Shown here in pieces: positions 23,640 through 33,677 of a stretch of DNA of 64,000 nucleotides. The DNA comes from a phage, in the sequence record PZ452606.1; one strand, 5' to 3'. Each line of letters begins with the position of its first letter. Within the stretch, counting starts at the first letter, position 1. The translations under genes were made by a program, and so were the position numbers. The notes under the pieces were generated by a model that saw only the letters and a list, made by a program, of their open reading frames with translations, ran no database searches and was not told the origin of the DNA.

Positions 23640-24755
23640 ATGGAAAAATTTATGGCAGAGTTTGGACAAGGATATGTCCAAACGCCATTTTTATCGGAAA
23701 GTAATTCAGTAAGATACAAAATAAGTATAGCGGGTTCTTGCCCGCTTTCTACTGCAGGACCATATGTTAAATTTCAAGATAATCCCGTAGGAAGTCAAAC
23801 ATTTAGCGCAGGCCTTCATTTAAGAGTTTTTGACCCTTCCACCGGAGCATTAGTTGATAGTAAGTCATATGCTTTTTCGACTTCAAATGATACTACATCA
23901 GCTGCTTTTGTTAGTTTCATGAATTCTTTGACGAATAATCGAATTGTTGCTATATTAACTAGTGGAAAGGTTAATTTTCCTCCTGAAGTAGTATCTTGGT
24001 TAAGAACCGCCGGAACGTCTGCCTTTCCATCTGACTCTATATTGTCAAGATTTGACGTATCATATGCTGCTTTTTATACTTCTTCTAAAAGAGCTATCGC
24101 ATTAGAGCATGTTAAACTGAGTAATAGAAAAAGCACAGATGATTATCAAACTATTTTAGATGTTGTATTTGACAGTTTAGAAGACGTAGGAGCTACCGGG
24201 TTTCCAAGAAGAACGTATGAAAGTGTTGAGCAATTTATGTCGGCAGTCGGTGGAACTAATAACGAAATTGCGCGTCTACCAACTTCAGCTGCTATAAGTA
24301 AATTATCTGATTATAATTTAATTCCTGGAGATGTTCTTTATCTTAAAGCCCAGTTATATGCTGATGCTGATTTACTTGCTCTTGGAACTACAAATATATC
24401 TATCCGTTTTTATAATGCATCTAATGGATATATTTCCTCGACACAAGCTGAATTTACTGGGCAAGCTGGGTCATGGGAATTAAAGGAAGATTATGTAGTT
24501 GTTCCAGAAAATGCAGTAGGATTTACGATATATGCACAGAGAACTGCTCAAGCGGGACAAGGCGGTATGCGAAATTTAAGCTTTTCTGAAGTATCAAGAA
24601 ACGGCGGCATTTCAAAACCTGCTGAATTTGGCGTCAATGGTATTCGTGTTAATTATATTTGTGAATCTGCTTCACCTCCGGATATAATGGTACTTCCTAC
24701 GCAAGCATCGTCTAAAACTGGTAAAGTGTTTGGGCAAGAATTTAGAGAAGTATAA
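23640..24755 (+). CDS. 35: tail fibre hinge protein gp35
   Basis: 371 aa, immediately after 34. Confidence 0.85.
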   Translation: MEKFMAEFGQGYVQTPFLSESNSVRYKISIAGSCPLSTAGPYVKFQDNPVGSQTFSAGLHLRVFDPSTGALVDSKSYAFSTSNDTTSAAFVSFMNSLTNNRIVAILTSGKVNFPPEVVSWLRTAGTSAFPSDSILSRFDVSYAAFYTSSKRAIALEHVKLSNRKSTDDYQTILDVVFDSLEDVGATGFPRRTYESVEQFMSAVGGTNNEIARLPTSAAISKLSDYNLIPGDVLYLKAQLYADADLLALGTTNISIRFYNASNGYISSTQAEFTGQAGSWELKEDYVVVPENAVGFTIYAQRTAQAGQGGMRNLSFSEVSRNGGISKPAEFGVNGIRVNYICESASPPDIMVLPTQASSKTGKVFGQEFREV

Positions 24756-24760
24756 ATTGA

Positions 24761-24786
24761 GGGAGCCTTCGGGTTCCCTTTTTCTT
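24761..24786 (+). terminator. rho-independent terminator after gene 35
   Basis: GGGAGCC-TTCG-GGTTCCC hairpin then T-tract. Confidence 0.6.
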
Positions 24787-24794
24787 TATAAATA
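24787..24794 (+). promoter_or_regulatory. late promoter for gene 36
   Basis: exact TATAAATA about 24 nt before gene 36 ATG. Confidence 0.7.
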
Positions 24795-24817
24795 CTATTA
24801 AAATAAAGGGGCATACA

Positions 24818-25480
24818 ATGGCTGATTTAAAAGTAGGTTCAACAACCGGAGGCTCTGTCATTTGGCATCAAGGAAATTTTCCATTGAATCCAGCCGGTGA
24901 CGATGTACTCTATAAATCATTTAAAATATATTCAGAATATAATAAACCGCAGGCAGCTGATAACGATTTCGTTTCTAAAGCTAATGGTGGTACTTACGCC
25001 GCGACTGTTCGATTTAATGGAGGAGTACATGTTCCTACTATAGGTAGTAGTCAACAGTGCGGTGTTTATCCAGGTAACGGTGATGCAGCTACCTTTGCTA
25101 TGGCAAATATTGACATCGTTTCGTGGAATGGTATTGGTTTTAAATCATCACAAGGTTCAGCAGACCGAACTGTTGTAATTAATGCACGTAATGGTGATAT
25201 TAGTACAAAAGGCGTTATGACAGCAGTAGGTCAAATAAGAAGTAATGCAGTTGCTCCTGTAGCAGCAAATGACCTTACTCGAAAAGATTATGTTGATGGA
25301 GCAATAAATACTGTTACGGCAAATGCGGATTCTAGAGTTTTCCGTAAAGGAGACACTATGACTGGAAACTTAACCGCACCAAACTTTTTCTCACAGAATC
25401 CCGCATCTCAACCTTCACATGTTCCACGATTTGACCAAATCGTAATTAAGGATTCTGTTCAAGATTTCGGCTATTATTAA
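24818..25480 (+). CDS. 36: long tail fibre distal connector gp36
   Basis: 220 aa; own late promoter. Confidence 0.85.
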   Translation: MADLKVGSTTGGSVIWHQGNFPLNPAGDDVLYKSFKIYSEYNKPQAADNDFVSKANGGTYAATVRFNGGVHVPTIGSSQQCGVYPGNGDAATFAMANIDIVSWNGIGFKSSQGSADRTVVINARNGDISTKGVMTAVGQIRSNAVAPVAANDLTRKDYVDGAINTVTANADSRVFRKGDTMTGNLTAPNFFSQNPASQPSHVPRFDQIVIKDSVQDFGYY

Positions 25481-25488
25481 GAGGACTT

Positions 25489-28400
25489 ATGGCTACTTTA
25501 AAACAAATACAATTTAAAAGAAGCAAAACCGCAGGTGCACGTCCTGCTGCTTCAGTATTAGCCGAAGGTGAATTGGCTATAAACTTAAAAGATAGAACAA
25601 TTTTTACTAAAGATGATTCAGGAAATATCATTGATCTAGGTATTGCTAAAGGCGGTCAAATTGATGGAAATGTAACTATTGATGGAACTTTACGCGTCAA
25701 TGGACCAATAAACAACTTTGGAAATTTTTCTACAAGTGGTACTATTACGGCAAGTAATATTGTTTCTGCTACAGTATTCAGATCAACATCCGGTTCATTT
25801 TATACAAGAGCAATAAATGATACTGCAAATGCCCATCTTTGGTTTGAAAATACAAATGGCTCAGAACGTGGCGTTTTATATTCAAAACCGCAGTCTGAAA
25901 ATGAAGGCGTAATTACAATGCGTGTTCGTCAAGGAACCGCTGCGGGAGCTCAAAATTCAGAATTTCATTTCATTTCTACTGATGGCGGTATCTTCCAGGC
26001 ACGTAAGTTAACTGCTTTAACTTCTATTAGTACACCAACTATTAGTGTTAATTTAATTAATCATGATTCTAAATCATTTGGACAATACGATTCACAATCT
26101 TTGGTTAACTATGTTTATCCTGGAACCGGTGAAACAAATGGTGTAAACTATCTTCGTAAAGTTCGAGCTAAATCAGGTGGAACTATTTACCATGAAATTT
26201 GTACAGCTCAGACTGGGCTAGCTGATGAAGTTTCTTGGTGGACTGGTAATATACCGTTATTTAAACTATACGGTATTCGTAACGACGGTAGAATGATTAT
26301 CCGCAATAGCTTGGCCATTGGTACTGTGACTGAAGGATACCCGTCAAGCGATTATGGAAATACCGGGGTAATGGGAGATAGGTATTTAGCTCTTGGCGAT
26401 AATGCTTCTGGACTTAAATGGGTTCGTACTGGCGTTATTGACTTAATGGCTAACGGTATTTCTGCGGCGACTATTATTAATAATGGTATTAATAGTACTA
26501 AAAAATTGATGGTTGGTTATAGTCGAGATTCTGGTTCTACTTGGGATTTCCCAAATAACAACCAAGCAATGTTTACTGCGCGTACCGATGTTGATGGTAA
26601 TAATAACGGTGATGGTCAAACTCATATCGGTTATAGCAGTAATTCTAAAATGTATCACTATTTCCGTGGTACAGGTCGTATGTCCGTTAGTATGGGCGAT
26701 GGACTTCTTGTTGAGCCTGGCATTTTAGATATTAAAACTGGTTCAAATTCATTAAATTTGCGTGCTGATGGTACTGTTGCATCTACTCAAGAAGTTAAGC
26801 TTAATAATGGGTTATTCTTTAATAGTAGTTCTTCTAACGCCGGTCTTAAATTTGGCGCTTCTTCTTCTATAAATGGAACTAAGACAATACAATGGAACGC
26901 AGGCACCCGCCCGGGTCAGAACAAAAGCTATGTGACCATGAAAGCATGGGGCAATGCATTTGAGGATAACACTAATAAAAACAGAGAAACTGTATTTGAA
27001 TTAGGCGATGGACAGGGTTGGCATTTTTATTCACAACGCGTTGCTCCTGTAGCAGGTTCTACTGTCGGTTCTGTTGAATTTGCGATGGCCGGTAGTTTAT
27101 TAACTTCTGGTTCTATTACAACAAGATCTTCCCTGAATGCTGATAATGGATTGTCTGTAAATGGACAAGCTAAATTTGGTGGAACGGCAGATGCATTAAG
27201 AATTTGGAATGCTGAATACGGTGCTATTTTCCGTCGCTCAGAAAGTAATCTTTATATTATACCGACTCCTAAAGATGCTGGAGAATCGGGCGGTATAAGT
27301 AATCTTAGACCATTGATAATAGAACTGAACACTGGCACAGTTAAAATGTCGCATGATGTTCATTTAGGAGATTCTGGATCTGGTACAGGACTTTTACAAG
27401 TAAGTAATAGTCTTAAAACTATTAAAATGATATGTCCAGTAACTATTAATGAACGCAATGCAGCGCTTACCCTGGATTCTCCTTCATCTTCTTCTGCTAA
27501 TTATTTACAGGGTTCTAAAGCTGGAACTAGATCATGGTACGTTGGTCTTGGCGGCGCTGGAAATGATTTATCTCTTTATAGCCAATCTTATGGACATGGT
27601 CTTGTTATAAGCGATAATTTCGTGTCAATCAGTAAACCTCTTAAAGTTGGAAATGCCCAACTAGGAACTGATGGTAATATTACTAGCGGTTCAGGAAACT
27701 TTGCCAACTTGAACACCACACTAAACCGTAAAGTTAATTCTGGATTTATTACTTATGGAGCAACCGCTGGATGGTATAAGTTTGCAACAGTAACAATGCC
27801 ACAATCCACTTCGACGGTCTTCTTTAAAATAGTTGGAGGTTCTGGATTTAATAGCGGATTATTCACACAATGTAATATTGCTGAAATTGTTTTACGTACT
27901 AGTAATGAAAGACCTGCTGACTTAAATGCTGCATTATACACAAGAACAATTGGAGCTGCATTTAAAGATATTGCAGTTAATAACGTCTCTGGAGATACAT
28001 ATGACATTTATGTTTCTGCTGGAACATATTGTAATCAATTAGCTTGTGAGTGGTCATGTACCGAAAATGCTACTGTTAGTGTTATTGGTATTAACTCATC
28101 TACACAATCACCTGTAGATGCTCTTCCAGATACAGCAGTTAATGGTCAAGTTGCTAATGTTCTTAATAACTTGGTTGATCGCGGTAAAGTTAAGCGTTAT
28201 GAAGCCGATTCTGAAATAGCTATTAATAGCCAAACCGGTATTCGTATCAGAAGCAATGCCGATAAAACTGGTTCTGTGGCTACAATGTTACGAAATGATG
28301 GTGGTAGTTTTTATATTCTGTTTACAGATAAAAATGCCACTGATGGCGCAGCAACTGTTAACGGCGATTGGAATAGTAAACGTCCTTTCGCAATTAACTT

Positions 28401-29169
28401 AACAACCGGCGAAGTGATGATGAATAACGGCATAGCTGTTCGCAGCGCTGCTTTATTCTATAATAGCATAAACGTCAAAGATAATGGTTCTATTAACTTT
28501 GATAAGTCCGGCGCTAACCCGAGAAACATGCGTATATTCCATGCAGGTGATGGCACTCGTGGTAATCGCATTGAAATTGCTGATGAAACAAACTATATTG
28601 CTTACTTCCAAAAATTACCTGGTGGTCAAAATCAGGTTTCATTCAATAGTGCTACACTTTCTGGATTAACACAGTGTAATCAATTTGGTGTTAACACAAC
28701 AAACGCACTTGGTGGAAACAGTATAACATTTGGTGATACTGATACTGGTATTAAGCAAAATGGCGATGGATTATTAGACATATATGCGAACAACGTGCAA
28801 GTGTTCCGTTTCCAAAATGGTGATTTGTACTCATATAAAAATATAAATGCTCCAAACGTTTATATTCGTTCTGATATTCGTTTAAAATCTAACTTCAAAC
28901 CTATCGAAAATGCACTTGATAAAGTTGAAAAACTCAATGGTGTCATTTATGATAAAGCTGAATACATCGGTGGAGAGGCAATTGAAACTGAAGCGGGTAT
29001 TGTAGCTCAAACGTTACAAGACGTTTTACCAGAAGCCGTCCGTGAAACAGAAGACAGCAAGGGTAATAAAATACTCACTGTTTCTTCTCAAGCCCAGATT
29101 GCTCTTCTGGTTGAAGCTGTGAAAACACTTTCTGCTCGTGTAAAAGAACTTGAATCTAAACTTTTGTAA
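25489..29169 (+). CDS. 37: long tail fibre distal subunit gp37 with C-terminal intramolecular chaperone domain
   Basis: 1226 aa; the last ~99 aa from SDIRLK (nt 28870) resemble the self-cleaving S74-type chaperone domain. Confidence 0.9.
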   Translation: MATLKQIQFKRSKTAGARPAASVLAEGELAINLKDRTIFTKDDSGNIIDLGIAKGGQIDGNVTIDGTLRVNGPINNFGNFSTSGTITASNIVSATVFRSTSGSFYTRAINDTANAHLWFENTNGSERGVLYSKPQSENEGVITMRVRQGTAAGAQNSEFHFISTDGGIFQARKLTALTSISTPTISVNLINHDSKSFGQYDSQSLVNYVYPGTGETNGVNYLRKVRAKSGGTIYHEICTAQTGLADEVSWWTGNIPLFKLYGIRNDGRMIIRNSLAIGTVTEGYPSSDYGNTGVMGDRYLALGDNASGLKWVRTGVIDLMANGISAATIINNGINSTKKLMVGYSRDSGSTWDFPNNNQAMFTARTDVDGNNNGDGQTHIGYSSNSKMYHYFRGTGRMSVSMGDGLLVEPGILDIKTGSNSLNLRADGTVASTQEVKLNNGLFFNSSSSNAGLKFGASSSINGTKTIQWNAGTRPGQNKSYVTMKAWGNAFEDNTNKNRETVFELGDGQGWHFYSQRVAPVAGSTVGSVEFAMAGSLLTSGSITTRSSLNADNGLSVNGQAKFGGTADALRIWNAEYGAIFRRSESNLYIIPTPKDAGESGGISNLRPLIIELNTGTVKMSHDVHLGDSGSGTGLLQVSNSLKTIKMICPVTINERNAALTLDSPSSSSANYLQGSKAGTRSWYVGLGGAGNDLSLYSQSYGHGLVISDNFVSISKPLKVGNAQLGTDGNITSGSGNFANLNTTLNRKVNSGFITYGATAGWYKFATVTMPQSTSTVFFKIVGGSGFNSGLFTQCNIAEIVLRTSNERPADLNAALYTRTIGAAFKDIAVNNVSGDTYDIYVSAGTYCNQLACEWSCTENATVSVIGINSSTQSPVDALPDTAVNGQVANVLNNLVDRGKVKRYEADSEIAINSQTGIRIRSNADKTGSVATMLRNDGGSFYILFTDKNATDGAATVNGDWNSKRPFAINLTTGEVMMNNGIAVRSAALFYNSINVKDNGSINFDKSGANPRNMRIFHAGDGTRGNRIEIADETNYIAYFQKLPGGQNQVSFNSATLSGLTQCNQFGVNTTNALGGNSITFGDTDTGIKQNGDGLLDIYANNVQVFRFQNGDLYSYKNINAPNVYIRSDIRLKSNFKPIENALDKVEKLNGVIYDKAEYIGGEAIETEAGIVAQTLQDVLPEAVRETEDSKGNKILTVSSQAQIALLVEAVKTLSARVKELESKLL

Positions 29170-29170
29170 A

Positions 29171-29188
29171 AGAGGGCTTCGGCCCTCT
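29171..29188 (+). other. UUCG-tetraloop hairpin between genes 37 and 38
   Basis: AGAGGGC-TTCG-GCCCTCT, followed by the gene 38 SD. Confidence 0.45.
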
Positions 29189-29199
29189 AAGGATTTTTA

Positions 29200-29985
29200 A
29201 TGGCAATTGTAGGTGTTCCTGGCTGGATTGGTGAATCTGCCGTGAATGAAACTGGACAACGCTGGATGGATGCTGCGATGAGAGCAGTTCGTGTTTCAGT
29301 TCCTGGTTGGATGAGTTCAATGGCTGGGCAATCTAAAGAAGTATATTATAGCATTGGTGCTAGCAATTCTTACAATAAAGACACACTAATAAATTGGATA
29401 AAAGCCCAAGGAAGTACTCCTGTTGTTATTACAATTACAGGCAATATCGTTTCTTCATCGACAGGTCAACCATGCTTAGATTTTCCTAGCTCATTAACTA
29501 ATGCATACGTGACACTTAATATCAATTCAGGCGTGCATGTTTGGGGGCGCGGCGGGAATGGCGGAAATAACTCTGCTGGCGGAGCAGGAGGAACTGCAAT
29601 AAATAACGGAATTGGAACTAGATTACGTATTAACAACAATGGTGTTATCGCAGGCGGCGGTGGCGGCGGTGGCGGCGGGTATTATTCTCCTTTTTCACAA
29701 ATGAGATTAACCTTTGGCGGTGGTGGTGGGCGTCCGTTTGGTGCTGCCGGTGGGTCTGCTAATATGGAACAGGGTGCTACTGCTGGTACTATTTCTGCGC
29801 CAGGTAAAGGGTCTGTCAACGGTATCTATAATGGCGGGAATGGTGGTGATGCCGGAGCCGCAGGAGGTAAATGTAATATTCGCGGTCAAGGATCAGAATA
29901 TAACGGCGGTGCTGCGGGTAAAGCTGTTACTGGTAATGCTCCAACTTGGACTAAAGTTGGTACAATATACGGTTCAAGAGTATAA
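29200..29985 (+). CDS. 38: tail fibre adhesin gp38 (T2-type, glycine-rich)
   Basis: 261 aa; conserved N-terminus then poly-Gly islands separating variable segments. Confidence 0.85.
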   Translation: MAIVGVPGWIGESAVNETGQRWMDAAMRAVRVSVPGWMSSMAGQSKEVYYSIGASNSYNKDTLINWIKAQGSTPVVITITGNIVSSSTGQPCLDFPSSLTNAYVTLNINSGVHVWGRGGNGGNNSAGGAGGTAINNGIGTRLRINNNGVIAGGGGGGGGGYYSPFSQMRLTFGGGGGRPFGAAGGSANMEQGATAGTISAPGKGSVNGIYNGGNGGDAGAAGGKCNIRGQGSEYNGGAAGKAVTGNAPTWTKVGTIYGSRV

Positions 29986-30015
29986 TTTGAATAAATATCC
30001 TTAAAAGGAGGGTCT

Positions 30016-30672
30016 ATGGCAGCACCTAGAATATCATTTTCGCCCTCTGATATTCTGTTTGGTGTTCTAGATCGCTTGTTCAAAGATAACGCTACCGGGA
30101 AAGTTCTTGCTTCCCGGGTAGCTGTCGTAATTCTTTTATTTATGATGGCGATTGTTTGGTATAGGGGAGATAGTTTCTTTGAGTACTATAAGCAATCAAA
30201 GTATGAAACATACAGTGAAATTATTGAAAAGGAAAGAAATGCACGCTTTGAATCTGTCGCCCTGGAACAACTCCAGATAGTTCATATATCATCTGAGGCA
30301 GACTTTAGTGCGGTGTATTCTTTCCGCCCTAAAAACTTAAACTATTTTGTTGATATTATAGCATACGAAGGAAAATTACCTTCAACAATAAGTGAAAAAT
30401 CACTTGGAGGATATCCTGTTGATAAAACTATGGATGAATATACAGTTCATTTAAATGGACGTCATTATTATTCCAACTCAAAATTTGCTTTTTTACCAAC
30501 TAAAAAGCCTACTCCCGAAATAAACTACATGTACAGTTGTCCATATTTTAATTTGGATAATATCTATGCTGGAACGATAACCATGTACTGGTATAGAAAT
30601 GATCATATAAGTAATGACCGCCTTGAATCAATATGTGCTCAGGCGGCCAGAATATTAGGAAGGGCTAAATAA
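30016..30672 (+). CDS. t: holin T
   Basis: 218 aa; N-terminal TM helix and large periplasmic domain; matches T4 holin. Confidence 0.9.
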   Translation: MAAPRISFSPSDILFGVLDRLFKDNATGKVLASRVAVVILLFMMAIVWYRGDSFFEYYKQSKYETYSEIIEKERNARFESVALEQLQIVHISSEADFSAVYSFRPKNLNYFVDIIAYEGKLPSTISEKSLGGYPVDKTMDEYTVHLNGRHYYSNSKFAFLPTKKPTPEINYMYSCPYFNLDNIYAGTITMYWYRNDHISNDRLESICAQAARILGRAK

Positions 30673-30945
30673 TTATTTGTTCGTATACATCTCTAGATAT
30701 CGATATACACCCTCAAAACCCTCGTTGAATTCGTTGATGAGGGTTTTCTTATCTTCTTGAGTTAATTCAGAAACAATTTTACGGAATGAATTCTGATTTA
30801 ATTTTCTACCTTCATGCGTTACTCCAATCTCATTCAGAAATGCAATAAAATTAGCACGATTCTCAACAATATCTTCTCTGGAAAATTTAATCAAAATAGA
30901 CGCAACAGTAATAATTTCACGAACTGTATCAATGTTTTTATTCAT
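30673..30945 (-). CDS. asiA: anti-sigma70 factor AsiA
   Basis: 90 aa; matches T4 AsiA from memory. Confidence 0.95.
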   Translation of the reverse strand: MNKNIDTVREIITVASILIKFSREDIVENRANFIAFLNEIGVTHEGRKLNQNSFRKIVSELTQEDKKTLINEFNEGFEGVYRYLEMYTNK

Positions 30946-30957
30946 TAACTATACCAC

Positions 30958-31110
30958 TCAATTAGTTGACTTTATTATAATATCATCAGACGCTTGATTT
31001 GTAAACTGGTCTGTGTTATTTTCTTCAAAAATTTTTTCTACGAATTCCTTGAACGACTCACGTTCCTGAGCTACATTATGCTCGATTACCTTTTCAAGAT
31101 TATGACTCAT
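30958..31110 (-). CDS. small acidic hypothetical protein
   Basis: 50 aa ORF read by eye; ATG overlaps arn stop (ATGA). Confidence 0.35.
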   Translation of the reverse strand: MSHNLEKVIEHNVAQERESFKEFVEKIFEENNTDQFTNQASDDIIIKSTN

Positions 31111-31385
31111 TCGAAATAATCTTCAATTTCGTAATCATGGACATAAAACATTATAGTTTTTAATACATCATCAATACTTTTTCCTGGAGCTGGAATTACG
31201 TAGAAATATCCTGCTTTTGAGAGGTCTTTATAAGTTCCAATCAAGAAATCATTGTTTTCAAGATGCAGTTCTTCAACTAATTCATTAACAATTGAGTGGT
31301 ATAAATTTGGTAGAAACTTATATAGCTTTTCTAGAATATCAATTTTGATTGTGTATTGAACCACAGACTGAGAATCAATAATCAT
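31107..31385 (-). CDS. arn: anti-restriction nuclease Arn (McrBC inhibitor)
   Basis: 92 aa acidic protein adjacent to asiA as in T4. Confidence 0.65.
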   Translation of the reverse strand: MIIDSQSVVQYTIKIDILEKLYKFLPNLYHSIVNELVEELHLENNDFLIGTYKDLSKAGYFYVIPAPGKSIDDVLKTIMFYVHDYEIEDYFE

Positions 31386-31468
31386 AGACCTTCCCCTTAT
31401 GTTTCTGTTTGCGATTAGATTCTTTAAACGCTTTCTTCTTATCTTTATGAACAGAAGCTTTATTAAAA

Positions 31469-31687
31469 TTATGCTTTGCGACTAAATTGTTCATAGTGCT
31501 GAATTACCTCTCTCAAACATTTGCATGTGAATGAAAACTTTTTAGCTACACCACATTCAAATATGTGTTCTCTTAAATCACATGTATCGGTATATCCCAT
31601 CTCAACAATAAAATGCCGTATTAGATTTTTATCTTTATCATTGAGAGAATTAAAATAATCAGATTTTGAATTAATTTCCCTGGCCAA
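31469..31687 (-). CDS. hypothetical Cys-containing protein
   Basis: 72 aa with C..C/CxC arrangement. Confidence 0.45.
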   Translation of the reverse strand: MAREINSKSDYFNSLNDKDKNLIRHFIVEMGYTDTCDLREHIFECGVAKKFSFTCKCLREVIQHYEQFSRKA

Positions 31688-31967
31688 ATTGAATCACCTT
31701 CAGTTGACGTTTTAATTCTTTTATCATTTCTTCGTTCATCGCAATATAAAGATCGCGTAAAGCAGGTTTTAGCATGTCATTTATTATAGAACTAAATGGA
31801 CATACATAATCTTTTCCTACGAGCTTTTTGGTGAATTCCATATCACAGAACTTAAATCCCGGCTCATTGGTATAAATTCCCCAATTAGTTGACATCATTT
31901 TATTGGCATATTCTAGTGCCTGGATTTGATTCATAATTCCATCAATTTGAAACTTTTTAATATTCAT
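31671..31967 (-). CDS. hypothetical protein
   Basis: six-frame ORF in arn-motA interval. Confidence 0.5.
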   Translation of the reverse strand: MNIKKFQIDGIMNQIQALEYANKMMSTNWGIYTNEPGFKFCDMEFTKKLVGKDYVCPFSSIINDMLKPALRDLYIAMNEEMIKELKRQLKVIQFGQGN

Positions 31968-32428
31968 TAGTAAAGGTCCTCAGAGTAAAGTTCTTTTTCA
32001 CTACCACCACGTTCAATACGTACTTGTCCAGCGTAAGTTGCAATAATCATTGCTTCTTCACGAGTCCAATAATTACTATATTGGTCAATAAATCCTTGGT
32101 CATCATCACAAACTTGTTGAGTAACTAATTGAGGTTTAACTACATCTAAAACTTCGGCCATATCTTTAGAATAATGACGAGCACCTGGAATAATAAGAGT
32201 TCGTCCATCTTTTAATTTAAACCGATTAGCAGCACATACAATTCGTCGTTGATACTTTTGGTTTTCATCCCAATATGCAGTCTGCCAACAGATTTCAGGA
32301 ACTTCTTTCAGAATATCTTCTTCTGTGCATTTATAACCGTGTGCTTTAAATTTTTGAACAAGACTTTCTGGAGTCTCGCGAGATAAAGGAACATTCAGCA
32401 TTTTTAAACGATTAACAAACGGGTTCAT
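31967..32428 (-). CDS. hypothetical protein
   Basis: 153 aa, 1-nt overlap with neighbour. Confidence 0.5.
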   Translation of the reverse strand: MNPFVNRLKMLNVPLSRETPESLVQKFKAHGYKCTEEDILKEVPEICWQTAYWDENQKYQRRIVCAANRFKLKDGRTLIIPGARHYSKDMAEVLDVVKPQLVTQQVCDDDQGFIDQYSNYWTREEAMIIATYAGQVRIERGGSEKELYSEDLY

Positions 32429-32754
32429 TTAAACCATCCTTTAATACGTTGCCACAAAGTTTTCTGTTGAGCTTTGTTAACACCAATTGAACGAATAACT
32501 GGTTGAGATTCCTGGAATTCTTTATAATCAGCAAGGTAAATTTCATAAGCCGCTTGAACAAAAGTACTAATCGCTGCCATAAAGTTCTTGCGAATTCCCA
32601 TAGAGGCTTCAGAACCACCACGGATGATTAAATATTTACCAGTCTTAATCTTTACGATACTTCCAAGATAAGCTCCATGATACCAGATATCCCAACCTTC
32701 TTGAGTAGGTTCTGCACAACGACGAAGTTCATTGATAATTTCTAACTTGTTCAT
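32425..32754 (-). CDS. hypothetical protein
   Basis: 109 aa, 4-nt overlap. Confidence 0.5.
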   Translation of the reverse strand: MNKLEIINELRRCAEPTQEGWDIWYHGAYLGSIVKIKTGKYLIIRGGSEASMGIRKNFMAAISTFVQAAYEIYLADYKEFQESQPVIRSIGVNKAQQKTLWQRIKGWFK

Positions 32755-32764
32755 TATTTATTCC

Positions 32765-33400
32765 TCACAGTTCAGATGCTACAGTGATTACTGCTTCAAT
32801 GTTTTCTTCCGAGCGTTTAATGTCAAGATACACATTACCGTTTTTAGCGATTTTACATGACATTCCGATATCAGTAAATTTCTGAATATGATGTTCCATC
32901 ATTTTGTATCCAAAAATTCGCATATTTCCATTGTTGTTAATTTCAAAATTACGAATTCCATGAGTGCGTTTTTCTAAAATAGCGAGATAGTTACTGCGAT
33001 AAGTTTCAACCTTTTTAAGAACAAATCCATTTTCATCTAAAAGTTTTAACATGAGGTCTTTATCTTCTTCCATATCGGAAGTAATCTCGCGAGCTTTACG
33101 AGTTGCTCGTTTTTTCAGTAGTTCCGGAGCATTTTCCTGTGCGTATAAAGTTGCTGCGTTTGAAATAATATCTTGAGCTTCACCTGTAATGATTAATCCA
33201 TCACCAGATTTCTCCACCAGGCCTTTTTTAATCAATACCCCAATATTACTATTAACTACTGCGTTACCTAAATCTGGATGCACCTCACGAACTTCTGCAG
33301 CTGTAATGAAATCTTTCTTAGCAATAGTAATTAAAATCGCAGCAGTTTTTTCATTCAGAACATCGTTAGAAGCTTTGATGATGTAAGTTACTTTAGACAT
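32765..33400 (-). CDS. motA: middle transcription activator MotA
   Basis: 211 aa; matches T4 MotA; early promoter upstream. Confidence 0.95.
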   Translation of the reverse strand: MSKVTYIIKASNDVLNEKTAAILITIAKKDFITAAEVREVHPDLGNAVVNSNIGVLIKKGLVEKSGDGLIITGEAQDIISNAATLYAQENAPELLKKRATRKAREITSDMEEDKDLMLKLLDENGFVLKKVETYRSNYLAILEKRTHGIRNFEINNNGNMRIFGYKMMEHHIQKFTDIGMSCKIAKNGNVYLDIKRSEENIEAVITVASEL

Positions 33401-33420
33401 TTTCTAATCTCCGTAATTCT

Positions 33421-33451
33421 GTATCAGTAGTTGATAGTTGTATAGTACCAC
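33421..33451. repeat. 31-nt early promoter/leader cassette, copy 1
   Basis: gtatcagtagttgatagttgtatagtaccac identical to 37063-37093. Confidence 0.8.
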
Positions 33452-33470
33452 AGTATGCTTTGGTTGTAAA
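33442..33470 (-). promoter_or_regulatory. early promoter for motA
   Basis: TTTACA-17-TACTAT. Confidence 0.6.
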
Positions 33471-33494
33471 CCGTTTTGTGAAAAAATTTTTGAA

Positions 33495-33521
33495 ATAAAA
33501 AAGGGAGAGCCGAGGCTCTCC
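33495..33521 (-). terminator. rho-independent terminator
   Basis: GGGAGAGCC-GA-GGCTCTCCC hairpin then TTTTTTATTT. Confidence 0.6.
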
Positions 33522-33527
33522 CTAAAA

Positions 33528-33677
33528 TTACTGCATGACTGTGATAACTGTCATGATAACACGTTGAATGCCGAACGCAAGAAGACCTCCTGCTACGGCT
33601 GGAACAACACCTAAACCCGCCAGTAAAATGCTACCGGATACTAATGCAGCGCTTGTAATACCTATGAATGGACTCAT
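33528..33677 (-). CDS. small hydrophobic membrane protein
   Basis: 49 aa ORF read by eye (MSPFIGITSAALVSG...); ATG overlaps gene 52 stop. Confidence 0.4.
   Translation of the reverse strand: MSPFIGITSAALVSGSILLAGLGVVPAVAGGLLAFGIQRVIMTVITVMQ

Noticed and set aside
29600-29720. Run of GGC/GGT triplets that looks like a simple repeat
   Set aside because: It is in frame within gene 38 and encodes the poly-glycine islands of the adhesin.
29981-29998. Possible late promoter (AATAAATA) upstream of holin gene t
   Set aside because: One mismatch to TATAAATA at the first position; not reported as a feature without transcript evidence.
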